This document shows, one piece after another, positions 48,420 to 57,280 of a stretch of DNA of 64,000 bases. The notes below the pieces were generated by a model. The model did no database searches and had not been told where the DNA came from. It was given only the letters and a program-made list of their open reading frames with translations. The DNA lies in assembly GCA_013822395.1 (NCBI GenBank), contig PNKK01000004.1, positions 33,966 to 97,965 of the forward strand. The letters run 5' to 3'. How positions within the stretch are numbered: position 1 is the stretch's first letter; each line of letters begins with the position of its first letter. Made by a program: the position numbers and the translations under genes. Source of the stretch: Anaerolinea sp. Its GTDB lineage: Bacteria > Chloroflexota > Limnocylindria > Limnocylindrales > CSP1-4.

Positions 48420-49007
48420 TCACGCCTTCGGCAGATTCTCCGAGTGAGACTCCCTTCCGGAGCGGTCCAGCCGTGCCCGCGCCTTCCGAAGCCCTTCTGC
48501 GAACGAGGGGGCGTCTGGATCGAAGAGCCGCTCGGCGAACTCCCGGCCGGCGCGCACGGAAGCCGGCCGCAGGATGTTGGCGAGGAGCCCACCGGCCACG
48601 CCGACGAGGTCGCGGTCGCGCCGTTCCGGAGCCGTGGTCTCGAGATACTTCGCGAACTCACGCTCCAGGGTCCCGCGGACCCGATCTCCATCGCGCCCGA
48701 GCTTGCGGAGCGTCGCCTCGACCTCGGCGGGGAGCATTGACTTCGGGAGGTCCGCCTCCGGCCCGAAGATCGCCCGGCGAGCGCCCCGGAAGACGCGTTT
48801 CGGGCCGCCGAGGAGCAGGAACGCGGCCCCCGCTGCGGCCCCGCCGACCTTGGCGGGTTGGCGCCGGATACGCGCCGGGATGTCGACCGCGGCACGACCG
48901 GCCGCCTCGAGCCGGACGATCTCGTCCTCGAGGCCCTGCCGGGCGGCCAGGACTTCCGCCCGTGCGGCTAGGACTTCCGCCCGAGCGGCGTCCGTTGGCG
49001 CACCCAC
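48420..49007 (-). CDS. hypothetical protein (DUF3618-like pattern, one central TM segment)
   Basis: ORF 48420..49007(-). GTG start, 40-nt overlap with the upstream gene. The N-terminus carries a duplicated AEVLAAR heptad. The family call is tentative. Confidence 0.5.
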   Translation of the reverse strand: MGAPTDAARAEVLAARAEVLAARQGLEDEIVRLEAAGRAAVDIPARIRRQPAKVGGAAAGAAFLLLGGPKRVFRGARRAIFGPEADLPKSMLPAEVEATLRKLGRDGDRVRGTLEREFAKYLETTAPERRDRDLVGVAGGLLANILRPASVRAGREFAERLFDPDAPSFAEGLRKARARLDRSGRESHSENLPKA

Positions 49008-50002
49008 TCGATGGTCTCCTTCGTGGTCTCGATGGTCTGGCCGGGGTAGAACCGAGCCTTGAGCGCGTCCATGTCGATCCCGGCCCGGGCCACGTCAAGG
49101 CCGACCAGGGCCGGCCAGGCGATCAGCGTGGCAAGGACCCCGAACGCGGCGCCGACGCGGGGCCCGAGCGCGACCGCGGTCAGGACCCCGAGCAGAACGC
49201 CCCCGATCGCTCCGCCGATGAGCCCGCCCGCGACCGAGCCAGCGGTTCGAGCACCGCTCCCGGCGCGGATGGTGGCCAGTAGCCCGATGATGCCACCAAG
49301 AATGCCCAGCGACAGCACGGCGATCGCAAGCGGCCGGACTCCCGGGTCCAGGCTCGGCAGGACAGCATCTCCAGCGAGCGTCCAGGCCCGGTTCGTGAGA
49401 TCGAGGCCGAGGACGACGCCGACCGCGACGCCCATCAGGAGCGCGAACAGGAATGCCCGTCCCAGACGGCTACCGGGCACGCCGACCGCGCCGAGCACGG
49501 CGACGATCGCGATGTCGGCCAGCAGGAGCGAGCCGAGCAGGACGCCCCAGCCGATGGACCCGAAGATCCACTCGCCGAGGAAGAGCACCAGCCCGACCGG
49601 GAGGAGCACTCCGGCGAGGAGGACCATCGCCAACGCCAGGCCGCCGAGCATCGCCACGCGCCCGACCTCGCCCATGATCTCGCCGGCTTCGGCCCTGGCG
49701 AGCTCGATGTGGGCGGTGAGGAGGCGCCGAGCGGCGGCTATCACCGCGGCAATCTGGGCGCGCAGGCTCGGTGGATGGGACGCGCCACCCGATGGGCTGG
49801 ACTCACCAGCCGGCGGGTTGGACGCCGCGCCCGGCAAGTCCGGCGTCGGGTCGCCGGAAGCGCGAGCCGCGCCAGCTGCCGGCCCGCCGGAGCCACGCGT
49901 CGGGCCTGCGGCCGCGCCGGGCGTCGGGTCACCGATGGGATTCGTCGCGTCCGAGCCTGTCGCCACGCCTCCTCCGGTCCTGGAGCCGCGCACGAACCGC
50001 AC
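48968..50002 (-). CDS. membrane protein with actinobacterial Holin-X (phage holin 3_6)-like segment
   Basis: ORF 48968..50002(-). Sequence LLTAHIELARAEAGEIMGEVGRVAMLGGLALAMVLLAG matches the ELAkaE-plus-two-TM pattern of the family, and further TM helices follow. The low-complexity N-terminus makes the GTG 50002 start uncertain. Confidence 0.5.
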   Translation of the reverse strand: MRFVRGSRTGGGVATGSDATNPIGDPTPGAAAGPTRGSGGPAAGAARASGDPTPDLPGAASNPPAGESSPSGGASHPPSLRAQIAAVIAAARRLLTAHIELARAEAGEIMGEVGRVAMLGGLALAMVLLAGVLLPVGLVLFLGEWIFGSIGWGVLLGSLLLADIAIVAVLGAVGVPGSRLGRAFLFALLMGVAVGVVLGLDLTNRAWTLAGDAVLPSLDPGVRPLAIAVLSLGILGGIIGLLATIRAGSGARTAGSVAGGLIGGAIGGVLLGVLTAVALGPRVGAAFGVLATLIAWPALVGLDVARAGIDMDALKARFYPGQTIETTKETIEWVRQRTPLGRKS

Positions 50003-50036
50003 GGCGGGTCCGCGATTGTACCAGCGGGCATCCCAC

Positions 50037-50106
50037 GAACAGACGTCCGAACAGACGTCCGACCGAACAGACGTCCGAACAGACGTCCGACCGAACAGAC
50101 GTCCGA
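50037..50106. repeat. five copies of the 12-mer GAACAGACGTCC, arranged as a 28-bp unit (two 12-mers plus GACC) x2.5
   Basis: Copies at 50037, 50049, 50065, 50077 and 50093. The context CCGAAC-AGAC-GTCCGA resembles the TCGAAC-N4-GTTCGA / GAAC-N4-GTTC LexA box. The array ends 52 nt upstream of the cinA ATG. Confidence 0.9.
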
Positions 50107-50157
50107 GCGGCCCCGAACCCCGGGCTCATCGTCCCCCGTCTCCGGTACGCTCCGGAG

Positions 50158-51339
50158 ATGCGCCCGATCAGTACCGCCGAGCTGCTCTCCGTCGGGTCCG
50201 AGCTGACCGTCGGCGAAACACGCGACACGAACGCCGGCGAGCTGGCGCGCACGCTCACGGACAACGGCGTCGAGGTTCTCCGGATGACGGCGCTGCCCGA
50301 CGACCTCGCCGCCGTCACCGACGCCTTCCGAGTCGCTCTCGGCCGGGCCGATCTCATCGTCTCGACCGGCGGTCTCGGACCCACGCCGGACGACCTGACT
50401 CGCGAGTCGATCGCCGCTGCGATCGGTGAGACGCCGTCCGTGGATCCCGACCTCGAGCGGTGGCTCCGGAACCTCTTCGAGCACCGCGGGCTCCCGTTCC
50501 CCACCACGAACGTCAAGCAAGCGTGGCGCACGCCCTCGACGACGCCGATCCCGAACGACAACGGCACCGCCCCCGGCTGGTGGGTTGACGCGCCCGGCGA
50601 GCGAGTCATCGTCGCCCTTCCGGGGCCGCCCCGGGAGATGCGCCCGATGTGGACGGACTGGGCGCTGCCCCGCCTCCGTGAGCGCGATCTCGGCCGCCGG
50701 AGCGTGGCGGTCACGCTCCGGACCACCGGGCTCGGCGAATCCATGATCGCCGAGCGGCTGGGCGCCCTCCTGGATCGAGGCTCGAACCCGACCGTCGCGA
50801 CCTATGCCCGGGCAGATGCTGTCGACGTCCGGATCTCTGCGGTTCCGACCGACGACATGGATGCGGCCGCGCTGGTCGCCGCCGCGGAAGCGGAGGTCCG
50901 CCACCTCGTGGGCGACCACGTGTGGGGTCGCGGTGACGTCACCTGGGCAGCCGCCATCGGCGAGCGCCTCGCGGCCCGCCGCTGGCGGCTTGCGGTCGTG
51001 GAGATCGGGACGCGGGGCTCCGTCCTCGGGCTCCTCGGGGAGGGACTGGGCGACCGCGTCGCGTTTGCCGAGACGCTCTCGACCGGTCACCGTCCCCCCG
51101 AGGGCGGGCGTCTCGACCTGCGCAGGCTGGCCGAGCAGGTGCGGCAGGCCGGCGGCGCCGAGGTTGGTCTGGCCGTTCGAGCGGCGACCCGCGGCGCCAA
51201 CATGGCCGTCTCGATCGCGATCGCGGATCCGCGAGGGACGCACGCCGAGCGGCGGCTCGCCTTCCTCGCCGGCCCGCAGGGCCGAACGCGGGCGGCGCTC
51301 CTGGCCGCGGCCATCCTGCACGCCCGGCTGCGGGCATGA
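50158..51339 (+). CDS. cinA: CinA-family competence/damage-inducible protein (MoCF-binding domain plus CinA C-terminal-like domain)
   Basis: C-terminal part of ORF 49771..51339(+) from ATG 50158. Sequence: AELLSVGSELTVGETRDTNAGELARTL...DLIVSTGGLGPTPDDLTRE...ALPGPPREM. Confidence 0.8.
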   Translation: MRPISTAELLSVGSELTVGETRDTNAGELARTLTDNGVEVLRMTALPDDLAAVTDAFRVALGRADLIVSTGGLGPTPDDLTRESIAAAIGETPSVDPDLERWLRNLFEHRGLPFPTTNVKQAWRTPSTTPIPNDNGTAPGWWVDAPGERVIVALPGPPREMRPMWTDWALPRLRERDLGRRSVAVTLRTTGLGESMIAERLGALLDRGSNPTVATYARADAVDVRISAVPTDDMDAAALVAAAEAEVRHLVGDHVWGRGDVTWAAAIGERLAARRWRLAVVEIGTRGSVLGLLGEGLGDRVAFAETLSTGHRPPEGGRLDLRRLAEQVRQAGGAEVGLAVRAATRGANMAVSIAIADPRGTHAERRLAFLAGPQGRTRAALLAAAILHARLRA

Positions 51340-51417
51340 CGGTGCGGGGCGGCACCGGTCGCTCCGGGGCGGGCGAGCTGTCCCTGTCGCCTGCGCGACA
51401 TGCGGAACGTCCACCAC

Positions 51418-51462
51418 GGGCTTTCGGGCAATGGGCTTTCGGGCAATGGGCTTTCGGCGATG
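51418..51462. repeat. three tandem copies of the 15-bp unit GGGCTTTCGGGCAAT (third copy diverged)
   Basis: Read directly from the sequence. Lies in the intergenic region 59 nt upstream of ATG 51521. Confidence 0.9.
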
Positions 51463-51520
51463 CCGCGAACCTGCGACCATCCGCGGGACGCGCCGGCTTC
51501 GGCGTGCCTCTGGGAGATCC

Positions 51521-52342
51521 ATGCGCCTGACCGTCCTTGGTACGGGAACCGCGAGACCTGTTGCCGACACCGCCGCCTCCGGGATCCTCATCCAGACGGA
51601 TCGGACGGCCGTGCTCTTCGACATCGGCAGCGGCATCGCGTCGCGCCTCGAGGCCACGGTCGGCGCGGCGGCCCTGGACGGTCTGGTCGTGGGTCATATG
51701 CACGCCGACCACTGGATCGACATCGCACCGCTCCGCTATCGCTTTCCGTGGGGCGAGCCGGCGCCGCGGCCGCTTCCGATCCACCTCCCGCCGGGCGGCA
51801 GGGAGAAGCTGGAGCTCCTCGCGGCGGTCATCAGCGAACGGGCCGGTTTCTTCGACCCCGCCTTCGATGTCCGCGAGTACGCCACCGGGGAGACGCTCCG
51901 GATCGGCGACCTGACCATCCGCCCGCATCCGGTCGGGCATTACGTCCCGGCCTGGTCGATGGACATCGAAGGCCCGGGCGGCGAACGGATCGTGTATGCC
52001 GGCGACATGGGTCCGTCGGAGATGGTCGTCGACCTCGCCCGGGGCGCGGATCTCCTCATCCTCGAGGCGACGCTCGAATCGAGCACGTTCGACGACGCGC
52101 GGCGCGGACACCTCACCGCGGAGGAGGCCGTCGACCATGTCCTCCGAGCCGGGGTTCCGCGCGGCATCCTGGTCCACTACCCGTCGGAGCGGCGGGCCGC
52201 GATCGCGGCGATCTGCGCACCGACCGACGGGCGCGTCGTCCCGGCGATCACCGGGATGGTCATCGACATTCGCCGCGGCGCCGTGCCGGCGCGCGCGGTC
52301 GCCGGTGGAGCGAGCCCTCAGGAGACCGTCAGCAGGGGCTGA
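51521..52342 (+). CDS. MBL-fold metallo-hydrolase
   Basis: C-terminal part of ORF 50804..52342(+) from ATG 51521. Sequence MRLTVLGTGTARP...LVVGHMHADHWID carries the HxHxDH motif. Confidence 0.8.
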   Translation: MRLTVLGTGTARPVADTAASGILIQTDRTAVLFDIGSGIASRLEATVGAAALDGLVVGHMHADHWIDIAPLRYRFPWGEPAPRPLPIHLPPGGREKLELLAAVISERAGFFDPAFDVREYATGETLRIGDLTIRPHPVGHYVPAWSMDIEGPGGERIVYAGDMGPSEMVVDLARGADLLILEATLESSTFDDARRGHLTAEEAVDHVLRAGVPRGILVHYPSERRAAIAAICAPTDGRVVPAITGMVIDIRRGAVPARAVAGGASPQETVSRG

Positions 52343-53397
52343 CCGGCACCCGTGGCGGCCCGGACGCTCATCCGCGCGGCGACCGTGCGGGCCAGGTTCG
52401 TGAGCGCCACGGCGGCGGGGCCGGGCTCGCGCTGGGCGACCGCCGGCACGCCGACGTCGCCACCCTGGCGGACCGTGACGTCGAGCGGGATCCCGCCGAG
52501 GTACTCCAGCCCGTGCTCGCGCGCGAAGCGCTCACCGCCGCCCCGCCCGAACAGCTCGATCGGGTCACCGCAGTGCGGGCAGATGAGGGCGGTCATGTTC
52601 TCGACGATTCCGATGACCGGCACGCTCATCCGCTTGAACATCGCCAGGGCCTTCTCGACGTCCAGGAGCGCGACCTCCTGGGGGGTCGTCACGAGGACGG
52701 CGCCGGAGATCGGGACCGCCTGGGCGAGCGTCAACTGCGCGTCTGAGGTCCCCGGCGGAAGGTCGATGACGAGGTAGTCCAGCTCGCCCCAGTCGACGTC
52801 GCGGAGGAACTGCTGGATGGCGCCGCCCACGAGCGGGCCACGCCAGATGATCGGCTGGCCGGCCGGAACGAAGAACTGGATCGAGATCGCCTTCACACCG
52901 TGCCGGCTGAGCGGCAGGATCTTCTCCGCCTCGCTCTTGCCGGGCTGCCCGTCCAGGCCGAGCATGAGCGGGACGTTCGGACCGGTGATGTCGGCGTCCA
53001 GGAGGCCCACGGATGCTCCGTCGCGGGCGAGGGCGACGGCGAGGTTGACCGCGACCGTGCTCTTTCCGACGCCACCCTTCCCGGACGCGACCGCGATGAC
53101 GTTCTTCACACCCGGGAGCAGCTGCTCCGCGGTTCGCGGGGCGGCCCGCCGGACCGTGGCGCCCCAGGTGAGCTCGATGGACTCGACGCCGACCGGCGCG
53201 AGCGCGGTCCGGACGCGGGACTCGATCTCGTCCTTCAGCGGACAGGCCGGCGTCGTGAGCTCGATCGTGAAGGCGACCGCGCCGCCGTCGATGCGCAGGT
53301 CCCTGACCATGTTGCGCGTCACCAGGTCACCGCCGAGCTCCGGCTCCTGGACCTGCCTGAGCGCGGCCATGACGGCCTCTTCCGTGATCTGAAGCAT
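52318..53397 (-). CDS. Mrp/ApbC/NBP35-family Fe-S cluster carrier ATPase
   Basis: ORF 52318..53397(-). N-terminal DUF59-like segment, deviant Walker A SGKGGVGKST, and CPHCG. Confidence 0.9.
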   Translation of the reverse strand: MLQITEEAVMAALRQVQEPELGGDLVTRNMVRDLRIDGGAVAFTIELTTPACPLKDEIESRVRTALAPVGVESIELTWGATVRRAAPRTAEQLLPGVKNVIAVASGKGGVGKSTVAVNLAVALARDGASVGLLDADITGPNVPLMLGLDGQPGKSEAEKILPLSRHGVKAISIQFFVPAGQPIIWRGPLVGGAIQQFLRDVDWGELDYLVIDLPPGTSDAQLTLAQAVPISGAVLVTTPQEVALLDVEKALAMFKRMSVPVIGIVENMTALICPHCGDPIELFGRGGGERFAREHGLEYLGGIPLDVTVRQGGDVGVPAVAQREPGPAAVALTNLARTVAARMSVRAATGAGQPLLTVS

Positions 53398-53653
53398 GCG
53401 TTCCTCGGCGTTCGACGGGATTCCGACGGCAGTTGCGTCGATATCCTAGACGCGAGACGCCGGTTGCGCCGCCGGTTGCGCTGTTCCCGGGCTTGCCTCC
53501 CGCCGGCCGTGTGCCTGGCGCGCGCGCCGTTCCACGTCAGGGTGGTTCGAGCGCCTCTTGACACTCGCTCGAATACCCGAACTTCGTAGAACCGGTGGCC
53601 GGAATCGTGCGAGATTCGCACGTGGTGTTCGCTACTGGTCGGCCATCCGATGT

Positions 53654-53683
53654 TTGACACCGTGGATCGGCCGCGCCTATCCT
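53654..53683 (+). promoter_or_regulatory. candidate promoter TTGACA-N18-TATCCT for the pot-like operon
   Basis: The hexamers were read directly from the sequence. The -10 element lies about 82 nt upstream of GTG 53765. Confidence 0.35.
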
Positions 53684-53764
53684 CGCGCCACGCCCCGCGA
53701 CTACCCTGTAGGGACGCGCCACGGCGTGCCTTATCTGCACCGGCATCGGAGGAGCGAAACGCAC

Positions 53765-54949
53765 GTGCCCGAGGTCGAGGTTCGACTGACCCAGGTCTAC
53801 AAGGCCTTCGGCAACGATGCGACCGGCCGCCGGGTGGCGAAGTACGTGGAGCCCGGCGAGGGCGGCCTCATCGTCGCGGTCGATCACATCGACCTCGAGG
53901 TGCACGACGGCGAGTTCTTCAGCCTCCTCGGGCCATCCGGCTGCGGCAAGACGACGACGCTCCGGATGATCGGCGGCTTCGAGCAGCCGACGTCCGGCAA
54001 GATCGAGCTCGACGGCCAGGACGTGACCTGGCTCCCGCCGTACAAGCGGAACGTCAACACCGTCTTCCAGAACTACGCCCTCTTCCCACACCTCACCATC
54101 TTCGACAACGTCGCCTTCGGCCTCCGCCGGCGGCGCGTCCCGGAGTCCGAGGTCAGGCAACGTGTCGGCGAGATGCTCGAGCTCGTGGAGCTGCCCGGCT
54201 ACGAGCATCGGAAGCCGGCGCAGATCTCCGGCGGGCAGGCCCAGCGGGTCGCCCTGGCGCGGGCCCTGGTGAACAAGCCGGCGGTGCTCCTCCTCGACGA
54301 GCCCCTCGGTGCCCTGGACCTGAAGCTCCGCAAGCAGATGCAGATCGAGCTGAAGCGGATCCAGCAGGAGGTCGGGATCACGTTCATCTACGTGACCCAC
54401 GACCAGGAGGAGGCGATGACGATGTCCGATCGCATCGCCGTCATGAACCGGGGGAAGTACGAGCAGCTCGGCGACCCGGAGACCCTCTATGAGCGGCCGG
54501 CGACCGAGTACGTGGCCGGATTCCTGGGCGTGAGCAACCTGCTTCCGGCGACGCTCGGCGAACGCGACGGCGGGTACGTCGTGGCCCGCCTGGCAGACGG
54601 CGCGGCCGTCCGAGTCCCGGCCGCCGTCGTCGACGGGAAGTCGTCCATCAAGATCGGCGTCCGGCCGGAGAAGATCCGGCTGCACGCGGACGCCGCGTCG
54701 ATCCCGGACCGGATGAATCGCCTCCAGGGCCGGGTCATCGACGCGTCCTATCTCGGCGCCTCGACGAGCTACCTCATCGAGGCAGGCGCGGGTGAGCGGA
54801 TCACGGTCTTCGAGCAGAACGTGGAGCGGACCTCGCACGGCTCGCTCCATCGTCCCGGAGAGGACGTCCATCTCAGCTGGTCTCCGGACCATACCTTCGC
54901 CGTCGGGAAGGACGGCTCCCCGCCAGCCCCGGTGTCCGTCGCAGCCTGA
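53765..54949 (+). CDS. spermidine/putrescine-type ABC transporter ATP-binding protein (PotA-like)
   Basis: ORF 53558..54949(+) trimmed to GTG 53765 (GGAGGAG about 9 nt upstream). Motifs GPSGCGKTT, ISGGQAQRVALARAL, LLLDEPL, plus a C-terminal TOBE-like domain. Confidence 0.85.
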   Translation: MPEVEVRLTQVYKAFGNDATGRRVAKYVEPGEGGLIVAVDHIDLEVHDGEFFSLLGPSGCGKTTTLRMIGGFEQPTSGKIELDGQDVTWLPPYKRNVNTVFQNYALFPHLTIFDNVAFGLRRRRVPESEVRQRVGEMLELVELPGYEHRKPAQISGGQAQRVALARALVNKPAVLLLDEPLGALDLKLRKQMQIELKRIQQEVGITFIYVTHDQEEAMTMSDRIAVMNRGKYEQLGDPETLYERPATEYVAGFLGVSNLLPATLGERDGGYVVARLADGAAVRVPAAVVDGKSSIKIGVRPEKIRLHADAASIPDRMNRLQGRVIDASYLGASTSYLIEAGAGERITVFEQNVERTSHGSLHRPGEDVHLSWSPDHTFAVGKDGSPPAPVSVAA

Positions 54950-54986
54950 TCGCACTGACGTCCACGTCACGGAAGGAGCCGACCGC

Positions 54987-56162
54987 ATGACCGACCTCGA
55001 CCAGCGCCTTCGCCGCCTGCCGGTGCCCCGCCGGACCTTCCTCCAGGGCACAACGCTGGTCGGGTTCTCGGCCTTCCTGGCCGCCTGTGGTACCGGCAGC
55101 TCGCCCAAGCCGTCCGAGGGGGCGATCACGGGTCCGCTCAACTTCGCCAACTGGCCCGCATACATCGACCTGACCGAGGACGAGACGTCGTCGCCGACCC
55201 TCACGGACTTCGAGGCGAAGTACGGCATCAAGGTGAACTACCAGGAGGAGATCGAGGCGAACGAGGACTTCTACGCCACGATCGCGCCGCAGCTCGGGAG
55301 CGGCCTCGACACCGGCTGGGACATCATCGTCCTCACCGACTACATGGCCGCCCGCGTCGTGCGCGCCGGCTGGATCGAGGAGATCGACGCGGCCAACGTC
55401 CCGACCGCACTCGCCAACGTCCGCGACGAGCTCAAGGGCCTCGACTGGGACCCGGACATGAAGTACCACTTCCCGTGGCAGTCCGGCGCGACGGGTGTCG
55501 GCTACAACGTGAAGTCGACGGGTCGCGATCTGACGAAGGTGGAGGACCTGTTCGACCCGGCGTTCAAGGGCAAGGTCACCCTGCTGTCCGGCTACGCGGA
55601 CACGTTCTCGCTCGTCGGGCTGATGCTCAAGGCGAAGGGCACGATCTCGAACGAGCCGGCGAAGATGACCCTCGAGGACGCCCAGAAAGTCTACGATTAC
55701 CTGAAGCCGTTCGTGGACAGCGGGCACATCCGCGCCTTCACCGGCAACGAGTACCTCCAGGACTTCGGCTCGGGCGACACATGGGCCGCGATGGTCTGGT
55801 CCGGCGATCTCGCGTCATCGGGTGGCGAGGACGACCGCTTTGCCTTCCCCGAGGAGGGCTCGATCATCTGGACCGACAACATGCTCATCCCGAAGGGCGC
55901 CAAGAACAAGCGCACCGCCGAGGCGATGATGGACTTCGTCTACGACGTCAAGAACGCCGCCCGCCTGGCCGCGTGGATCTACTACATCTCCCCGGTCAAG
56001 GGCGTCGCCGACGAGATCGCGAAGACAGACCCGGAGCTGGCCGCGAACGAGCTCCTCTTCCCGTCTGCCGCAACCGCGGCGAACATGTTCCCGCAGCCGG
56101 CGCTCGAGGACGCCGAGGACATCAAGTGGTCCGAGCTGTCGGCCAATCTCGAGGGCGCATAG
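54987..56162 (+). CDS. polyamine-type ABC substrate-binding lipoprotein (PotD/PotF-like) with Tat-like signal
   Basis: ORF 54792..56162(+) trimmed to ATG 54987 (GGAAGGAG RBS). Signal sequence RRTFLQGTTLVGFSAFLAACG. Confidence 0.8.
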   Translation: MTDLDQRLRRLPVPRRTFLQGTTLVGFSAFLAACGTGSSPKPSEGAITGPLNFANWPAYIDLTEDETSSPTLTDFEAKYGIKVNYQEEIEANEDFYATIAPQLGSGLDTGWDIIVLTDYMAARVVRAGWIEEIDAANVPTALANVRDELKGLDWDPDMKYHFPWQSGATGVGYNVKSTGRDLTKVEDLFDPAFKGKVTLLSGYADTFSLVGLMLKAKGTISNEPAKMTLEDAQKVYDYLKPFVDSGHIRAFTGNEYLQDFGSGDTWAAMVWSGDLASSGGEDDRFAFPEEGSIIWTDNMLIPKGAKNKRTAEAMMDFVYDVKNAARLAAWIYYISPVKGVADEIAKTDPELAANELLFPSAATAANMFPQPALEDAEDIKWSELSANLEGA

Positions 56163-56230
56163 GCGCCACGTGAATCCGCGGCCGGGGCAACCCGCCGCGG
56201 CCGTCATCCGACTGACGAGGGCAGACGAGC

Positions 56231-57280
56231 GTGTCCCTGTTCCGGAGCCGCCGCGCCATCCCCTACCTGCTCATGGCGCCCGGCCTCCTGTGGCTGTTCC
56301 TGTTCTTCGTCGTCCCGAACGTCCAGATGCTCCTGTTCAGCCTGTCCGAGGGCACGCTCCGGACGGGCTTCACCACCCCGCCCGAGGTCTGGGACTTCGA
56401 GAATTACACGGGCAGCCTGACGAAGTTCTCCGCCAACTTCTCGAACTCCATCGTCTTTGGCGGGCTGGCCACGATCCTGACCTTCCTGATCGGTTATCCC
56501 CTCGCCTACGCGATCGCGTTCAAGGGCGGGCGCTGGAAGAACCTGCTCCTCTTCCTCGTCATCGCCCCGTTCTTCACGAGCTTCCTGATCCGGACGATCA
56601 GCTGGCGGATCATCCTGGGCAACGACGGACCGTTCCTGACGGTGGTCCGTGACGTCCTGGGCCTCGTTCCCGCCAACTTCAGCATCATCGGGACGCCGCT
56701 GGCGGTCGTGGGCGGGCTCACCTACCAGTTCCTCCCGTTCATGGTCCTGCCCCTCTATGTCTCCATCGAAAAGGTCGACCGGCGGCTGATCGAGGCGGCG
56801 CAGGACCTGTACGCCGGCCCGTGGCGCCGTGGCGGTCTGATCGCCGGCGCGATCTCCGGGGGGCTCGTTGCGATCGCACTCCAGGTCGGTCTGGGCTACG
56901 GAAGCCTGATCGGTGAGGACGCCGCGCCGGCGGCCGTGCTCCCACTCGGGGTCATCGGCGCGGTCGCCGGGGGGCTCGTGGGAGGGCTCCTGATCAGCCA
57001 GGCGTTCATCCGGGTCACGCTGCCGCTGTCGCTGCCGGGCGTCTTCGCTGCGTCCATCCTGACGTTCATCCCGGCGATCGGCGACTACGTCAACGCCCAG
57101 CTCCTGGGCAGTCCGAAGACGCAGATGGTCGGGAACGTCATCCAGGGCCGCTTCCTGGACCAGAACGACTACCCGATCGCGGCGGCGCTGGCATTCCTCC
57201 TCATGGCCGGCATCCTCATCGCGATCGCTCTCTACGCGAAGCTCCTCGGGACCGAGGAGCTGACGGGAGGCAGGGCATGA
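56231..57280 (+). CDS. ABC permease (PotB-like)
   Basis: ORF 56231..57280(+). Polytopic, GTG start. Contains an extra Gly/Ala-rich insertion before the last helices. Confidence 0.8.
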   Translation: MSLFRSRRAIPYLLMAPGLLWLFLFFVVPNVQMLLFSLSEGTLRTGFTTPPEVWDFENYTGSLTKFSANFSNSIVFGGLATILTFLIGYPLAYAIAFKGGRWKNLLLFLVIAPFFTSFLIRTISWRIILGNDGPFLTVVRDVLGLVPANFSIIGTPLAVVGGLTYQFLPFMVLPLYVSIEKVDRRLIEAAQDLYAGPWRRGGLIAGAISGGLVAIALQVGLGYGSLIGEDAAPAAVLPLGVIGAVAGGLVGGLLISQAFIRVTLPLSLPGVFAASILTFIPAIGDYVNAQLLGSPKTQMVGNVIQGRFLDQNDYPIAAALAFLLMAGILIAIALYAKLLGTEELTGGRA

